A stretch of DNA of 51,040 nt from an uncultured Deferribacteres bacterium (GTDB lineage Bacteria > Zhuqueibacterota > Zhuqueibacteria > Zhuqueibacterales > Geothermadaptataceae): NCBI GenBank assembly GCA_964014485.1, contig CAXHAT010000030.1, positions 1-51,040 on the forward strand. The letters run 5' to 3'. Shown piece by piece: positions 39,763 through 47,927 of this stretch. The notes beneath the pieces are model-generated. The model was not told the DNA's origin, searched no databases, and saw nothing but the letters and a program-made list of their open reading frames with translations. The translations under genes and the position numbers were made by a program. Every line of letters starts with the position of its first letter. Within the stretch, counting starts at the first letter, position 1.

Positions 39763-40053
39763 GTGACTCTCTGCCGCGTAATCGGCAACGTTGTTTCAAC
39801 GATCAAGAATGCCGAGCTAACGGGAAATAAATTGCTCATCGTCCAGCCAGTGGATTTGGACGGGCGCACTGCATTGGGCCGTCAAATGATCGCCGTTGAC
39901 AATGCGCAAGCCGGCGAAGACGACCTGGTGCTGGTCAATCGCGAGGGCGGTTCAGCGCGGCAAGTTTTGAAAAGCCCCAAAACCCCGGCGCAAGCGGTCA
40001 TCGTCGCCGTAGTGGATGACCTGGACGTCCCGGAGCAAAAAAATGAACCTTGA
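39763..40053 (+). CDS. Bacterial microcompartment vertex protein (EutN/CcmL, BMC-P)
   Basis: [11 protein letters not shown]...[11 protein letters not shown]...[15 protein letters not shown]...EGGSARQ...AVIVAVVD. Confidence 0.92.
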   Translation: MTLCRVIGNVVSTIKNAELTGNKLLIVQPVDLDGRTALGRQMIAVDNAQAGEDDLVLVNREGGSARQVLKSPKTPAQAVIVAVVDDLDVPEQKNEP

Positions 40054-40876
40054 CGAACGACTCGATCGAATTATCAAAGCAGAATTGCAACCGTCCGGGC
40101 CGACGTGCAATTGGTGCTGGCTGTGCTCGGATTGTCAAACGACTTTCGTTGAAGGGTTGGTCGAAGAAGGCGCGGCGCGCATTGGCGCCAGCGGTGTGCA
40201 AAATATCGGCGCGGAGCTTGGAAAGTTCATAGATCACACTTTGCTCAAAGCCGACGCCGCCCGCGAACAAATAGAAAAGCTTTGCCAGGAGGCCCGACAA
40301 TACCGTTTTGCTTCAGTTTGTATCAATCCCACTTGGGTCTCGCTATGCTCGGATTTGTTGCGCGGCTCCGGCGTTGTTGTTTGCACAGTTGTCGGTTTTC
40401 CATTGGGTGCAACAGTGCCTGAAGGCAAAGCCGCTGAAACGCGCGCATCCGTAGCTGCAGGCGCCGAAGAAATCGACATGGTGATTAACATCGGCCGCCT
40501 GAAATCCGGCGAATACGACGCGGTTTGTGATGACATTGCCGGAGTCGTCCAAGCCGCCGGATCGGCCAAAGTAAAAGTTATCATCGAAACCTGCTATCTG
40601 ACTGATGAAGAAAAAGTCCGCGCCTGCGTTCTGTCGATGGAAGCGGGCGCGGCATTCGTAAAAACCAGCACTGGCTTTGGACCGGCCGGAGCAACTTTGG
40701 CCGACGTTGCATTGATGCGGCGCGTTGTCGGGCCGACGCTTGGCGTAAAAGCGGCCGGTGGGGTCAAAAACGCCAAAGACGCCGAGCAAATGATCACTGC
40801 GGGAGCAACGCGCCTTGGCGCCAGCGCAGGCATTGCCATTGTCAGCGGCGAAAGTGCAACAACCAGCGGATATTAA
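40043..40876 (+). CDS. deoC: Deoxyribose-phosphate aldolase with N-terminal extension
   Basis: Motifs [46 protein letters not shown] and RLGAS; about 55 extra N-terminal residues; ATG overlaps the BMC-P gene. Confidence 0.95.
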   Translation: MNLDERLDRIIKAELQPSGPTCNWCWLCSDCQTTFVEGLVEEGAARIGASGVQNIGAELGKFIDHTLLKADAAREQIEKLCQEARQYRFASVCINPTWVSLCSDLLRGSGVVVCTVVGFPLGATVPEGKAAETRASVAAGAEEIDMVINIGRLKSGEYDAVCDDIAGVVQAAGSAKVKVIIETCYLTDEEKVRACVLSMEAGAAFVKTSTGFGPAGATLADVALMRRVVGPTLGVKAAGGVKNAKDAEQMITAGATRLGASAGIAIVSGESATTSGY

Positions 40877-40942
40877 TGTCTAAAGATAGCGCCCCGATAA
40901 TTCGTTACGGCGGAATGCCGATGCGCGACTCTGGCCTTAGAA

Positions 40943-41010
40943 TGGAATAGTGGATTGTTGGATTATTGGCCTTGTATTTCCATTCATCCAAAAATCCACG
41001 ACTCCAATTC
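40943..41010. repeat. Degenerate inverted octamer array (TGGAnnnn x3 / nnnnTCCA x3)
   Basis: TGGAATAG TGGATTGT TGGATTAT TGG ... CCA TTCATCCA AAAATCCA CGACTCCA; same TCCA 8-bp period as the repeat at 1-62. Confidence 0.65.
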
Positions 41011-41053
41011 ATTGTCGGCAAATCTGTAATCCCGTCAAAAAAAAGCAAATAAC

Positions 41054-42391
41054 TTGACCGCAATCGAAATCATCACTCGCAAACGCGACGGCCAGGTCTT
41101 GAGCGACGAAGAACTCGCTTTCATCATCACCGGCTACACGCGCGGCGACATTCCCGACTATCAGATTTCCGCCTTCCTCATGGCCGTTTATTTCCAGGGC
41201 ATGACCCCGGACGAGACAGTTGTTTTTACGCGGCTTATGCGCGATTCCGGCATGACGCTGAATTTGCAGAACATTCCCGGCCCCAAAGTTGACAAGCACA
41301 GCACCGGCGGCGTCGGCGACAAGGTTTCGCTGGTTCTCGCGCCTTTGGTCGCGGCGTGCGGCGTCGTCAATCCAATGATTTCCGGACGCAGCTTGGCGCA
41401 TACCGGCGGCACGCTCGACAAGCTCGAAGCCATCCCCGGCTTCAACACTCAGCTTGATTTGGGTGAATTTTCCAGAATTCTCAAAAATCTCGGAACCTGC
41501 CTGATCGGCCAAACACCGGAAATTTGCCCGGCGGATAAAAAACTCTACGCCCTGCGCGACGCCACCGCCACCGTTCCCAGCATCCCGCTCATTTGCGGCA
41601 GCATTCTTTCCAAAAAACTGGCTGAAAACCTCGACGCCCTTGTGCTCGACGTTAAATGCGGCTCCGGAGCCATTTTCCCCGATCCCGAATATTCAGAAAA
41701 ACTGGCTTGTGCGTTAGTTGAAACCGCCTCAAAACTTGGCTTAAAAACCGTCGCCTTCTTGACCCAAATGGAGCAACCGCTGGGACATGCGATTGGCGTG
41801 TGGCTGGAAACGCGCGAAGCCATTGAAATGCTGCAAGGCAAGGCGGACGATGATTTTTACCAAGTAACGGTCATTTTGAGCGCCTACATGGTTTGGTTAG
41901 GCGGCAAAGCGGAGTCGTTTGAGCAGGCGCGCGCTTTGGTTGAGAAAAAATTGCAATCCGGCGAGGCCTATAATATTTTCTCCGCCCTTGTCAAAGCGCA
42001 AGGCGGAGAGACGCGTTATTTAGAAAAACCGCAGGAGTACCCCGAAGCCAAATTCAGCGAAGATATTCGCGCGCAGCGTGACGGATTTGTGACTTTGGCG
42101 CATGCGCGAACATTGGGCGAAATCTCGATGCTGCTCGGCGCCGGCCGGGAGAAAAAGGAAGACGAGATCGACTTTGCGGCGGGCATAATTTTACACAAAA
42201 AAGTCGGCGACGCGGTTCAAAAGGATGAACGTCTCGCCACGCTTTATGCGACCAAAAAACCAATTTCATCAAATCTGATCGAACGTGCGCGATCGGCGTT
42301 CGATATTCATTCAACGGCTGTTGCAAAACTACCGTCGATCTTAGGAATCATTGACGAAAACGGCAAACACGCCTGGAACTATTCATTTTGA
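41054..42391 (+). CDS. pdp: Pyrimidine-nucleoside/thymidine phosphorylase
   Basis: Motifs RKRDG, DYQISAFLMA, DKHSTGGVGDK, SGRSLAHTGGTLDKLE and SKKLAE...LVLDVKCGSGA. Confidence 0.95.
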   Translation: MTAIEIITRKRDGQVLSDEELAFIITGYTRGDIPDYQISAFLMAVYFQGMTPDETVVFTRLMRDSGMTLNLQNIPGPKVDKHSTGGVGDKVSLVLAPLVAACGVVNPMISGRSLAHTGGTLDKLEAIPGFNTQLDLGEFSRILKNLGTCLIGQTPEICPADKKLYALRDATATVPSIPLICGSILSKKLAENLDALVLDVKCGSGAIFPDPEYSEKLACALVETASKLGLKTVAFLTQMEQPLGHAIGVWLETREAIEMLQGKADDDFYQVTVILSAYMVWLGGKAESFEQARALVEKKLQSGEAYNIFSALVKAQGGETRYLEKPQEYPEAKFSEDIRAQRDGFVTLAHARTLGEISMLLGAGREKKEDEIDFAAGIILHKKVGDAVQKDERLATLYATKKPISSNLIERARSAFDIHSTAVAKLPSILGIIDENGKHAWNYSF

Positions 42392-42402
42392 AGAGGTATG
42401 AG

Positions 42403-42876
42403 ATGTATTTTTCCCTAAAAAGCACAATGCGTCTGGTTGCGTTGTTCCTTCCCTTAACGCTGGCAATGCTCGCCGGTTGCGCCCAGGAAGAACAAGCGGC
42501 GGAAGAAGCGCAAGTGGCTGACGCCAAGGAGCCGCGCGTCTTTTTCATTGAACCGCAAGACGGCGCTACGGTCAAAAGCCCGGTGCTATTCAAATTCGGC
42601 GCCGAGAATTTCACCATTGAACCGATCACCGATCCAATGACCGTCAAGGAAGGCTCCGGCCATTTTCACATCGCGGTGGACGGCAAATGCCTTGACCCCG
42701 GCGTCATCATCCCGACCGCTGATCCGTGGATTCATTTCGGCGACGGCTCCAGTGAAGTTGAGGTCATTCTCACGCCCGGCGAACACACCATTTGCCTGCA
42801 AGTCGGCGACGGCGAGCACAGAACAGTTGAAGGCGACGGCCTCAAAACCGAAATCACCATCACCGTCGAAGAGTAG
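42403..42876 (+). CDS. DUF4399-family lipoprotein
   Basis: LAGC lipobox; VFFIEPQDGATV, GHFHIAVD, HFGDG and LTPGEHTICLQVGDGEH. Start is 42403 or 42427. Confidence 0.85.
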   Translation: MYFSLKSTMRLVALFLPLTLAMLAGCAQEEQAAEEAQVADAKEPRVFFIEPQDGATVKSPVLFKFGAENFTIEPITDPMTVKEGSGHFHIAVDGKCLDPGVIIPTADPWIHFGDGSSEVEVILTPGEHTICLQVGDGEHRTVEGDGLKTEITITVEE

Positions 42877-42885
42877 AAAAACATC

Positions 42886-43003
42886 GGGCTGTCCAAAAGC
42901 TTGGTCTCAAAATGAAATGCATACCACATGTAGGGGTTCAAAATCTTGAACCCCTGCGACATGTTGTATAACGCTTTAAAAATATTATGTTTTTGGACAG
43001 CCC
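42886..43003. mobile_element. MITE family C (13-bp TIR GGGCTGTCCAAAA) enclosing a GTAG-type REP hairpin
   Basis: GGGCTGTCCAAAA at 42886-42898 and TTTTGGACAGCCC at 42991-43003; internal GTAGGGGTTCAA-aatc-TTGAACCCCTGC at 42930-42957. Confidence 0.7.
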
Positions 43004-43228
43004 CGACAGGGGGATGTTTCTTCCCGATCTGGATATCCAAAACACCCACAAACATCATCCCTCTGCCAAATGTCATTCTGGAAGAATCTATTTTGACCAC
43101 GAGACAATGCGGCGTCCTAACCAACGAATGTAAAAACGAGGAAATAGAACCGCAAACAGTAGCCCGTTGCCGATGCTAACTACATCGCCTTAACATCTGA
43201 AAAACTGACCAGATGAACGAATAAACCC

Positions 43229-45097
43229 ATGCCGCCCGACTCAACCCATTTTCTCCAAACCTTCATCGACCCGGCGCCATACACGCCCACGACAATTATC
43301 GCATTTCTCAGCCTGATTGTCGCCATTATTGCGGCCTACTACGCCTCAGCGCCCTACCGCAAACGCCGCCGCGAAGAGCGCGTGATTGAAAAAAACTTCG
43401 GCGTCGAGCTTTACAGCCTCGACGACGTGGAAAAAATTAAAAGCGACGCGCGCTACTACGTGCCGCCGGACTGCTCCAGCGTTGATCCGGCGCAAGAAGC
43501 TGAAATCCGGCAAGTGCTCGCCACCAAGCAAAAGCTGTTTGAAACCATCGACGAATATCTCGACAAGCCAGGGCCGCATCGCCACTTGCTCGTGCTCGCC
43601 GATTCCGGCATGGGCAAATCTTCCTTTGTGCTAAACTACTACATCCGCAACCAACTGCGCTCGAAAAAGCAGCGACGGCGCTTGGCCGTTGTGCCGCTGG
43701 GCGTGCCCGACGCCGACGAGCACATTGCCAAAATAGAAAACAAGCGCGAGACCATTCTCTTTCTCGACGCTTTTGATGAAGACACAAAGGCGATCCAGGA
43801 TCACCGCCAACGCTTGCTCGATTTGATGCAAAAATGCCGTAAGTTCAACCGCGTTTTGCTCACTTGCCGCACACAATTCTTTCCGCGCGACGAGGAAATT
43901 CCCAAAGAGACCGGCATTGCCCGCGTTGGACCGCGCAAGGCGGGGGAAGGTAAATCCTATGAATTTTGGAAGCTTTATCTTTCGCCCCTAAGCGACGCGC
44001 AAGTGGAAACTTTTCTCCTTCAACGTTATGGCTGGCGCAAAACTGAGCGCGAAAAAGCCCAGGAACTCATTGCCAAAATCCCCCTGCTCAGCGTGCGCCC
44101 CATGCTCATGGCCTACGTCCCTGATTTGCTTGAAAGCGAGGCTAAAATCGAATATGCCTTCCAACTTTATGACGTGCTGGTGCAAAAATGGTATGAGCGC
44201 GAAGCTGGATTTGTAGAGCAAGAAAAACTGCAAAAATTCACTGAATTGCTCGCCGTCGATCTATACGCCAAACGCAAGCAGCGCGGCTCCGAACGCATCT
44301 CCCGCGATGAGCTCAAGCCGCAGGCGGAAGCCTGGAATATCGATCTCAAGGAATGGCAGCTCAGCGGCCGTTCTCTGCTCAACCGCGACGCCGAGGGCAA
44401 CCACAAATTCGCCCATCGCTCGATCATGGAATTCCTGTTTATCAAACAATTCATCGCCGGGAATGAGAACTGCCGAAATATGGCCTGGACAGATCAGATG
44501 AAAAAATTCATGCGGGAATGGATTGATTTCGAAATAAAAGAAAAAGGCAAGATCGAGACCGATTTAGTCGGCGCAAGTTTGGGGGATCGAACATTTAGAA
44601 CCGACGGCAAAACGCTTGGGCAAGACGAAGTGAAAAAAATGCTGAGCGAGTTCGATATTTTTGATTCAGATTGGAACAAAAACGGCAAGGGCGTTCCGCA
44701 TCTTTATTGTTCTGTGGAAATTGGTGATGAGAAAATTGTGTATGACGCCGAAACCGGCCTTTACTGGCAGCAAGGCGGTTCATCTGATGCGATGATTTAC
44801 CAAGACGCCGGAAAGTATATCGAAAAACTCAACCGCGAGAAATTCGCCGGATTTGAAGATTGGCGCATGCCGACGCTGGAAGAAGCAATGTTACTGATGG
44901 AGCGAGAGAAGAAGAACGACGCTCTGTACATTGATCCGGCGTTCGACAAAACGCAGCGGTGGATTTGGACGGCGGACAAGCTGGATGCGTCGGACGTCTG
45001 GGTTGTCGATTTCGTCTACGGTCTTTGCAGCGGCGATCGTGTCGGCTACGACTACTACGTCCGCGCTGTTCGTTCCGGACAATCATTGGCTATTTGA
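43229..45097 (+). CDS. Membrane-anchored NACHT/STAND-like NTPase with C-terminal DUF1566 (C-type lectin fold) domain; candidate DGR target
   Basis: TM helix followed by RKRRREER; Walker A LADSGMGKS; Walker B ILFLDAFDE; LTCRTQFF; FAHRSIMEF; DUF1566 motifs YDAETGLYWQ, GFEDWRMPTLEE, WIWTAD and WVVDF...YVRAVR. Confidence 0.9.
   Translation: MPPDSTHFLQTFIDPAPYTPTTIIAFLSLIVAIIAAYYASAPYRKRRREERVIEKNFGVELYSLDDVEKIKSDARYYVPPDCSSVDPAQEAEIRQVLATKQKLFETIDEYLDKPGPHRHLLVLADSGMGKSSFVLNYYIRNQLRSKKQRRRLAVVPLGVPDADEHIAKIENKRETILFLDAFDEDTKAIQDHRQRLLDLMQKCRKFNRVLLTCRTQFFPRDEEIPKETGIARVGPRKAGEGKSYEFWKLYLSPLSDAQVETFLLQRYGWRKTEREKAQELIAKIPLLSVRPMLMAYVPDLLESEAKIEYAFQLYDVLVQKWYEREAGFVEQEKLQKFTELLAVDLYAKRKQRGSERISRDELKPQAEAWNIDLKEWQLSGRSLLNRDAEGNHKFAHRSIMEFLFIKQFIAGNENCRNMAWTDQMKKFMREWIDFEIKEKGKIETDLVGASLGDRTFRTDGKTLGQDEVKKMLSEFDIFDSDWNKNGKGVPHLYCSVEIGDEKIVYDAETGLYWQQGGSSDAMIYQDAGKYIEKLNREKFAGFEDWRMPTLEEAMLLMEREKKNDALYIDPAFDKTQRWIWTADKLDASDVWVVDFVYGLCSGDRVGYDYYVRAVRSGQSLAI
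44975..45082 (+). other. Putative DGR variable region (VR)
   Basis: 25 consecutive codons (45002-45076) end in C or T, at the C-terminus of a DUF1566 domain. Confidence 0.7.
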
Positions 45098-45135
45098 TCA
45101 TTTGAGTCATTTGGTTATTTTTCCCGCGCAGCGGG
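45083..45135 (+). promoter_or_regulatory. Post-VR TCATTTG-like repeats and GC hairpin (candidate IMH/cruciform)
   Basis: TCATTGGC TATTTGA TCATTTGA GTCATTTG GTTATTT, then the hairpin CCCGC-GCA-GCGGG at 45123-45135. Confidence 0.55.
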
Positions 45136-45209
45136 TTTGAGAATTTCAAAAAACGATGCAAAGCGGGCGCTAAGAAATTTTTTCAGGGCTTTCACGTTTT
45201 CTATTATAA

Positions 45210-45330
45210 GGAGCGCAAGGCTTGCCTTGCAACGCCGCCGCAGGCTTTTTATCGCCCGCTCATTTTCTGGGGAGTTTTGCTGCGCCGGAATTTGTGAACC
45301 GAATGAAAGGCAAAGCAAGCTTTGCACTCC
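45210..45330. repeat. REP-like inverted doublet, family D copy 1
   Basis: GGAGCGCAAGGCTTGCCTTGC ... GCAAAGCAAGCTTTGCACTCC; a second copy lies at 47751-47824. Confidence 0.8.
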
Positions 45331-45340
45331 GTTTTTGGGG

Positions 45341-46066
45341 TCAACGCTCACGCTTTTCCATGCCGGAATTAACAAGTTCCATAAAAATCAAAATCTGGTC
45401 TATCGTTGCTTCGGGGCGACATTGCAACATCAAATGTGGGGAATCAATGGAAGCGTGTTTCATATTTTCCATTGGTTCATGAATAACCTTGGCGAGTAGC
45501 TTGTCCTGTGACGCCGAGAGCCAGAGAACCGGGAGTTTGAGCGAATGAAATTCGGCGCTCACGTCCGTTTCCAACGCCAGCTTCGCACGAGCGTGCAGTA
45601 TTTCAGGAGATACTTTTGAAATCTGCGTTTTGAATGTGTGCAGCAAATGCGCGGGCGGGTTTTGCCCCAAGAGATAATGCTTCAGCACCCAATCCGGCGG
45701 CCGGCGCTTAAAAAGCGCTTTCCCGAATAGTCGAAAAATGTTGCTCTCAAAACGCCTAACGGGGTGGCGGAGAAAAGTGGCGCACAGAATCAAGGCTTTC
45801 AGATTCGCTGGATTTTCAGCGGCAAGTTTTATCGCAATCAGCCCGGAGAACGACTCCGCCAGCAACAAGTAAGGCTCATTTTGCAGAACGCTGTTTTTAA
45901 CGAACGCGACATATTCTCCAAATCTGAACATTCGGTCGTTGGGATAAGAAATAACTTCAATATGCTTCGTCTCGGGCAGCGTCTCCAAAAACGGCTGAAA
46001 AAGCTCGCCGCCGCCGTGCAAGCCAGGCAGCAAAATCCATTTCATAATCTTGGGAATTTCCTGCAT
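45341..46066 (-). CDS. Alpha/beta-fold hydrolase
   Basis: LLPGLHGGG, nucleophile elbow AESFSG, QDKL and SPHL; the start may be 46045. Confidence 0.85.
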   Translation of the reverse strand: MQEIPKIMKWILLPGLHGGGELFQPFLETLPETKHIEVISYPNDRMFRFGEYVAFVKNSVLQNEPYLLLAESFSGLIAIKLAAENPANLKALILCATFLRHPVRRFESNIFRLFGKALFKRRPPDWVLKHYLLGQNPPAHLLHTFKTQISKVSPEILHARAKLALETDVSAEFHSLKLPVLWLSASQDKLLAKVIHEPMENMKHASIDSPHLMLQCRPEATIDQILIFMELVNSGMEKRER

Positions 46067-46211
46067 GATTTATTACGACTTCAATGTTACCGTGAAATTC
46101 TTTTGCGATCAGCAAAAATAAACGCTTATTGTTTACGAAAACCCCTTGCGATTCAAACTCATCGGATGTAGGTTTGAATCAACATGTAGTTCAAAAGCAA
46201 AGGTTGGACGA

Positions 46212-46478
46212 ATGGCCAAATTAATACTCTCGGATTTTTCTCAAAAAGGCGAAAAGATTTATCGAGAGCAAATTCTTCCAAACATCTCTGAAAACATGCT
46301 CAAGGGAAAATTTGTCGCTATTGAGGTCGAGAGCGGAAGATACTTCATCAACGATCTCGATATCGAGGCTCTCTTTGATGCTCGGCGTGAATTTCCTGAA
46401 AAACAATTTTATTTAAAAAAAATTGGTTACGCGGCTGCGCATTCGCACAAAGGCGTCGTTAAAAAAGCCGTTCTATGA
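46212..46478 (+). CDS. Small DUF5678-like protein, partner of the aspartic protease
   Basis: KGEKIYREQI...GKFVAIEVESGRYFI...ARREFPEKQFYLKKIGY; ATGA overlap with the next gene. Confidence 0.7.
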   Translation: MAKLILSDFSQKGEKIYREQILPNISENMLKGKFVAIEVESGRYFINDLDIEALFDARREFPEKQFYLKKIGYAAAHSHKGVVKKAVL

Positions 46479-46843
46479 TCACAGGGAGAATTACAGTAAA
46501 TCTTGAGCCGCTGTTAGACGATGTTTTTGTGAAGAATAAAAAAGGCGCTCTTTTGCCGGTACAGATAATTTTAGATACTGGTTTTAATGGGGCGATTTTT
46601 CTCCCCAAAAATGTTCTAAAACAGATGGAAGTCACGCCGATTGCGAAAGAAGTTTTCGAGCTCGCGGACGGCAGCCGCGTGGAAGAGCAAACATATCTTG
46701 GCGAAATCATCATCGCGAACGAGATACAAACTGTTCTTCTCAGCGGTATGGAATCGAAAGTTGCTCTCTTGGGAATGCGTATGCTGTTAGAAAAGGCTGC
46801 AGTTTTTGATTTGAAGAATATGACGATTCGAGTCATTGAATAA
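46475..46843 (+). CDS. Clan AA (retropepsin-like) aspartic protease, AF_0612-like
   Basis: Motifs ILDTGFNG, FELADGS and ALLGMRML. Confidence 0.88.
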   Translation: MITGRITVNLEPLLDDVFVKNKKGALLPVQIILDTGFNGAIFLPKNVLKQMEVTPIAKEVFELADGSRVEEQTYLGEIIIANEIQTVLLSGMESKVALLGMRMLLEKAAVFDLKNMTIRVIE

Positions 46844-46879
46844 AGAGTTTTTTTTTCTCGAACACCTGCATCTCTCCTC

Positions 46880-47746
46880 ATGTCCATAAAAACTATCTCA
46901 CCACACGTTTCCGAACCTACGCTTGACACGACCGCCTGGCAACAAACGGCGCGGGAGTTTTTGCGGTTTTATCAGATCGCTCCGTCGGCGGGCGGGCCGC
47001 TGGATTTGATTTATAGCGTCTTGCAGGCGTTTTCGAATTTGCCGTATGAAAATCTCAGCAAAATCATCAAGAGCCGGGATTTTCATGATGACGTTGCGCG
47101 ACTGCGAATGCCGGACGAGGTGTGGGAGGATTTTCGCCGCCATCACTTGGGCGGCACCTGCTTTTCGCTCACTTTTCTGCTCAAAGCCATCCTCGATCAC
47201 TTGAAATTTCAAACTTACCCGGTCATGGCCAGAATGCGCTCCGGCGACAATCGCCATTGCGCGCTGGTCGTCGAGTTAGGCGGCAAACACTACTTGCTCG
47301 ACCCGGGTTACGTGCTGGAGTTGCCCCTGGAAATCGACCCGAGCCGTGCCACGTCCCTGCGCAGCGCGCATGGCGGCGTGGAACTTGTCCCCAATGAAAG
47401 ACCGTTGCATTTTGAGCTGTACACGTTCAAAAACAACACCCGTCAATGGCGCTACGAATTCGCCGACGCGCCTGTCACTGCGGCGGAATTTTTCATGCAC
47501 TGGATCGGCTCGTTTCAGTGGAACGGCATGAACGCCATTTGTCTCTCGCAAGCGACGCGGGACTCCTTGCTCTATTTTCGACAGGATTATTTTCGCCAGA
47601 CCAACGCCGCGACCAAGCGCAGTTGGAAAATCAAGCAGGATCGCGAGAAGATCATCCAGCAAAATTTCGGCGTTGCGCCGGAAATCGTAGAAGCGGCGCA
47701 GGCGGTGATTGATGAAAGAAGACAAGATGGGAGCAGGGACGGTTAG
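46880..47746 (+). CDS. Arylamine N-acetyltransferase family protein
   Basis: PYENLS, GGTCF (Cys), RHCAL (His) and LLDPGY (Asp) form the catalytic triad. Confidence 0.88.
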   Translation: MSIKTISPHVSEPTLDTTAWQQTAREFLRFYQIAPSAGGPLDLIYSVLQAFSNLPYENLSKIIKSRDFHDDVARLRMPDEVWEDFRRHHLGGTCFSLTFLLKAILDHLKFQTYPVMARMRSGDNRHCALVVELGGKHYLLDPGYVLELPLEIDPSRATSLRSAHGGVELVPNERPLHFELYTFKNNTRQWRYEFADAPVTAAEFFMHWIGSFQWNGMNAICLSQATRDSLLYFRQDYFRQTNAATKRSWKIKQDREKIIQQNFGVAPEIVEAAQAVIDERRQDGSRDG

Positions 47747-47750
47747 CGTC

Positions 47751-47824
47751 AGGAGTGCAAGGCTTGCCTTGCGATTTAGCCGTTGTTTTTAAGATGAAAA
47801 AAGTAAAGCAAGCTTTGCACTCCT
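47751..47824. repeat. REP-like inverted doublet, family D copy 2
   Basis: AGGAGTGCAAGGCTTGCCTTGC ... GTAAAGCAAGCTTTGCACTCCT. Confidence 0.8.
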
Positions 47825-47927
47825 CAATTGAGTAATTCCGTCGTTTGGGAAAAGTTGCGAACCCGTGGCGGAAACCTTACCATCACACAAATTTTAAAAA
47901 TTCACTCAACCAACCTTAGCCTTCCCT

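Noticed and set aside
43005..43228. Possible DGR template repeat upstream of the NACHT gene
   Set aside because: A/C-rich, but it does not align to the VR and has no AAC-codon run ending in GTTCGTTCCGGAC. By eye, no TR or RT was found anywhere in the window.
45137..45499. ORFs immediately after the DGR target as possible avd/accessory genes
   Set aside because: They run across the REP doublet and antisense into the hydrolase gene, with no Avd four-helix-bundle pattern.
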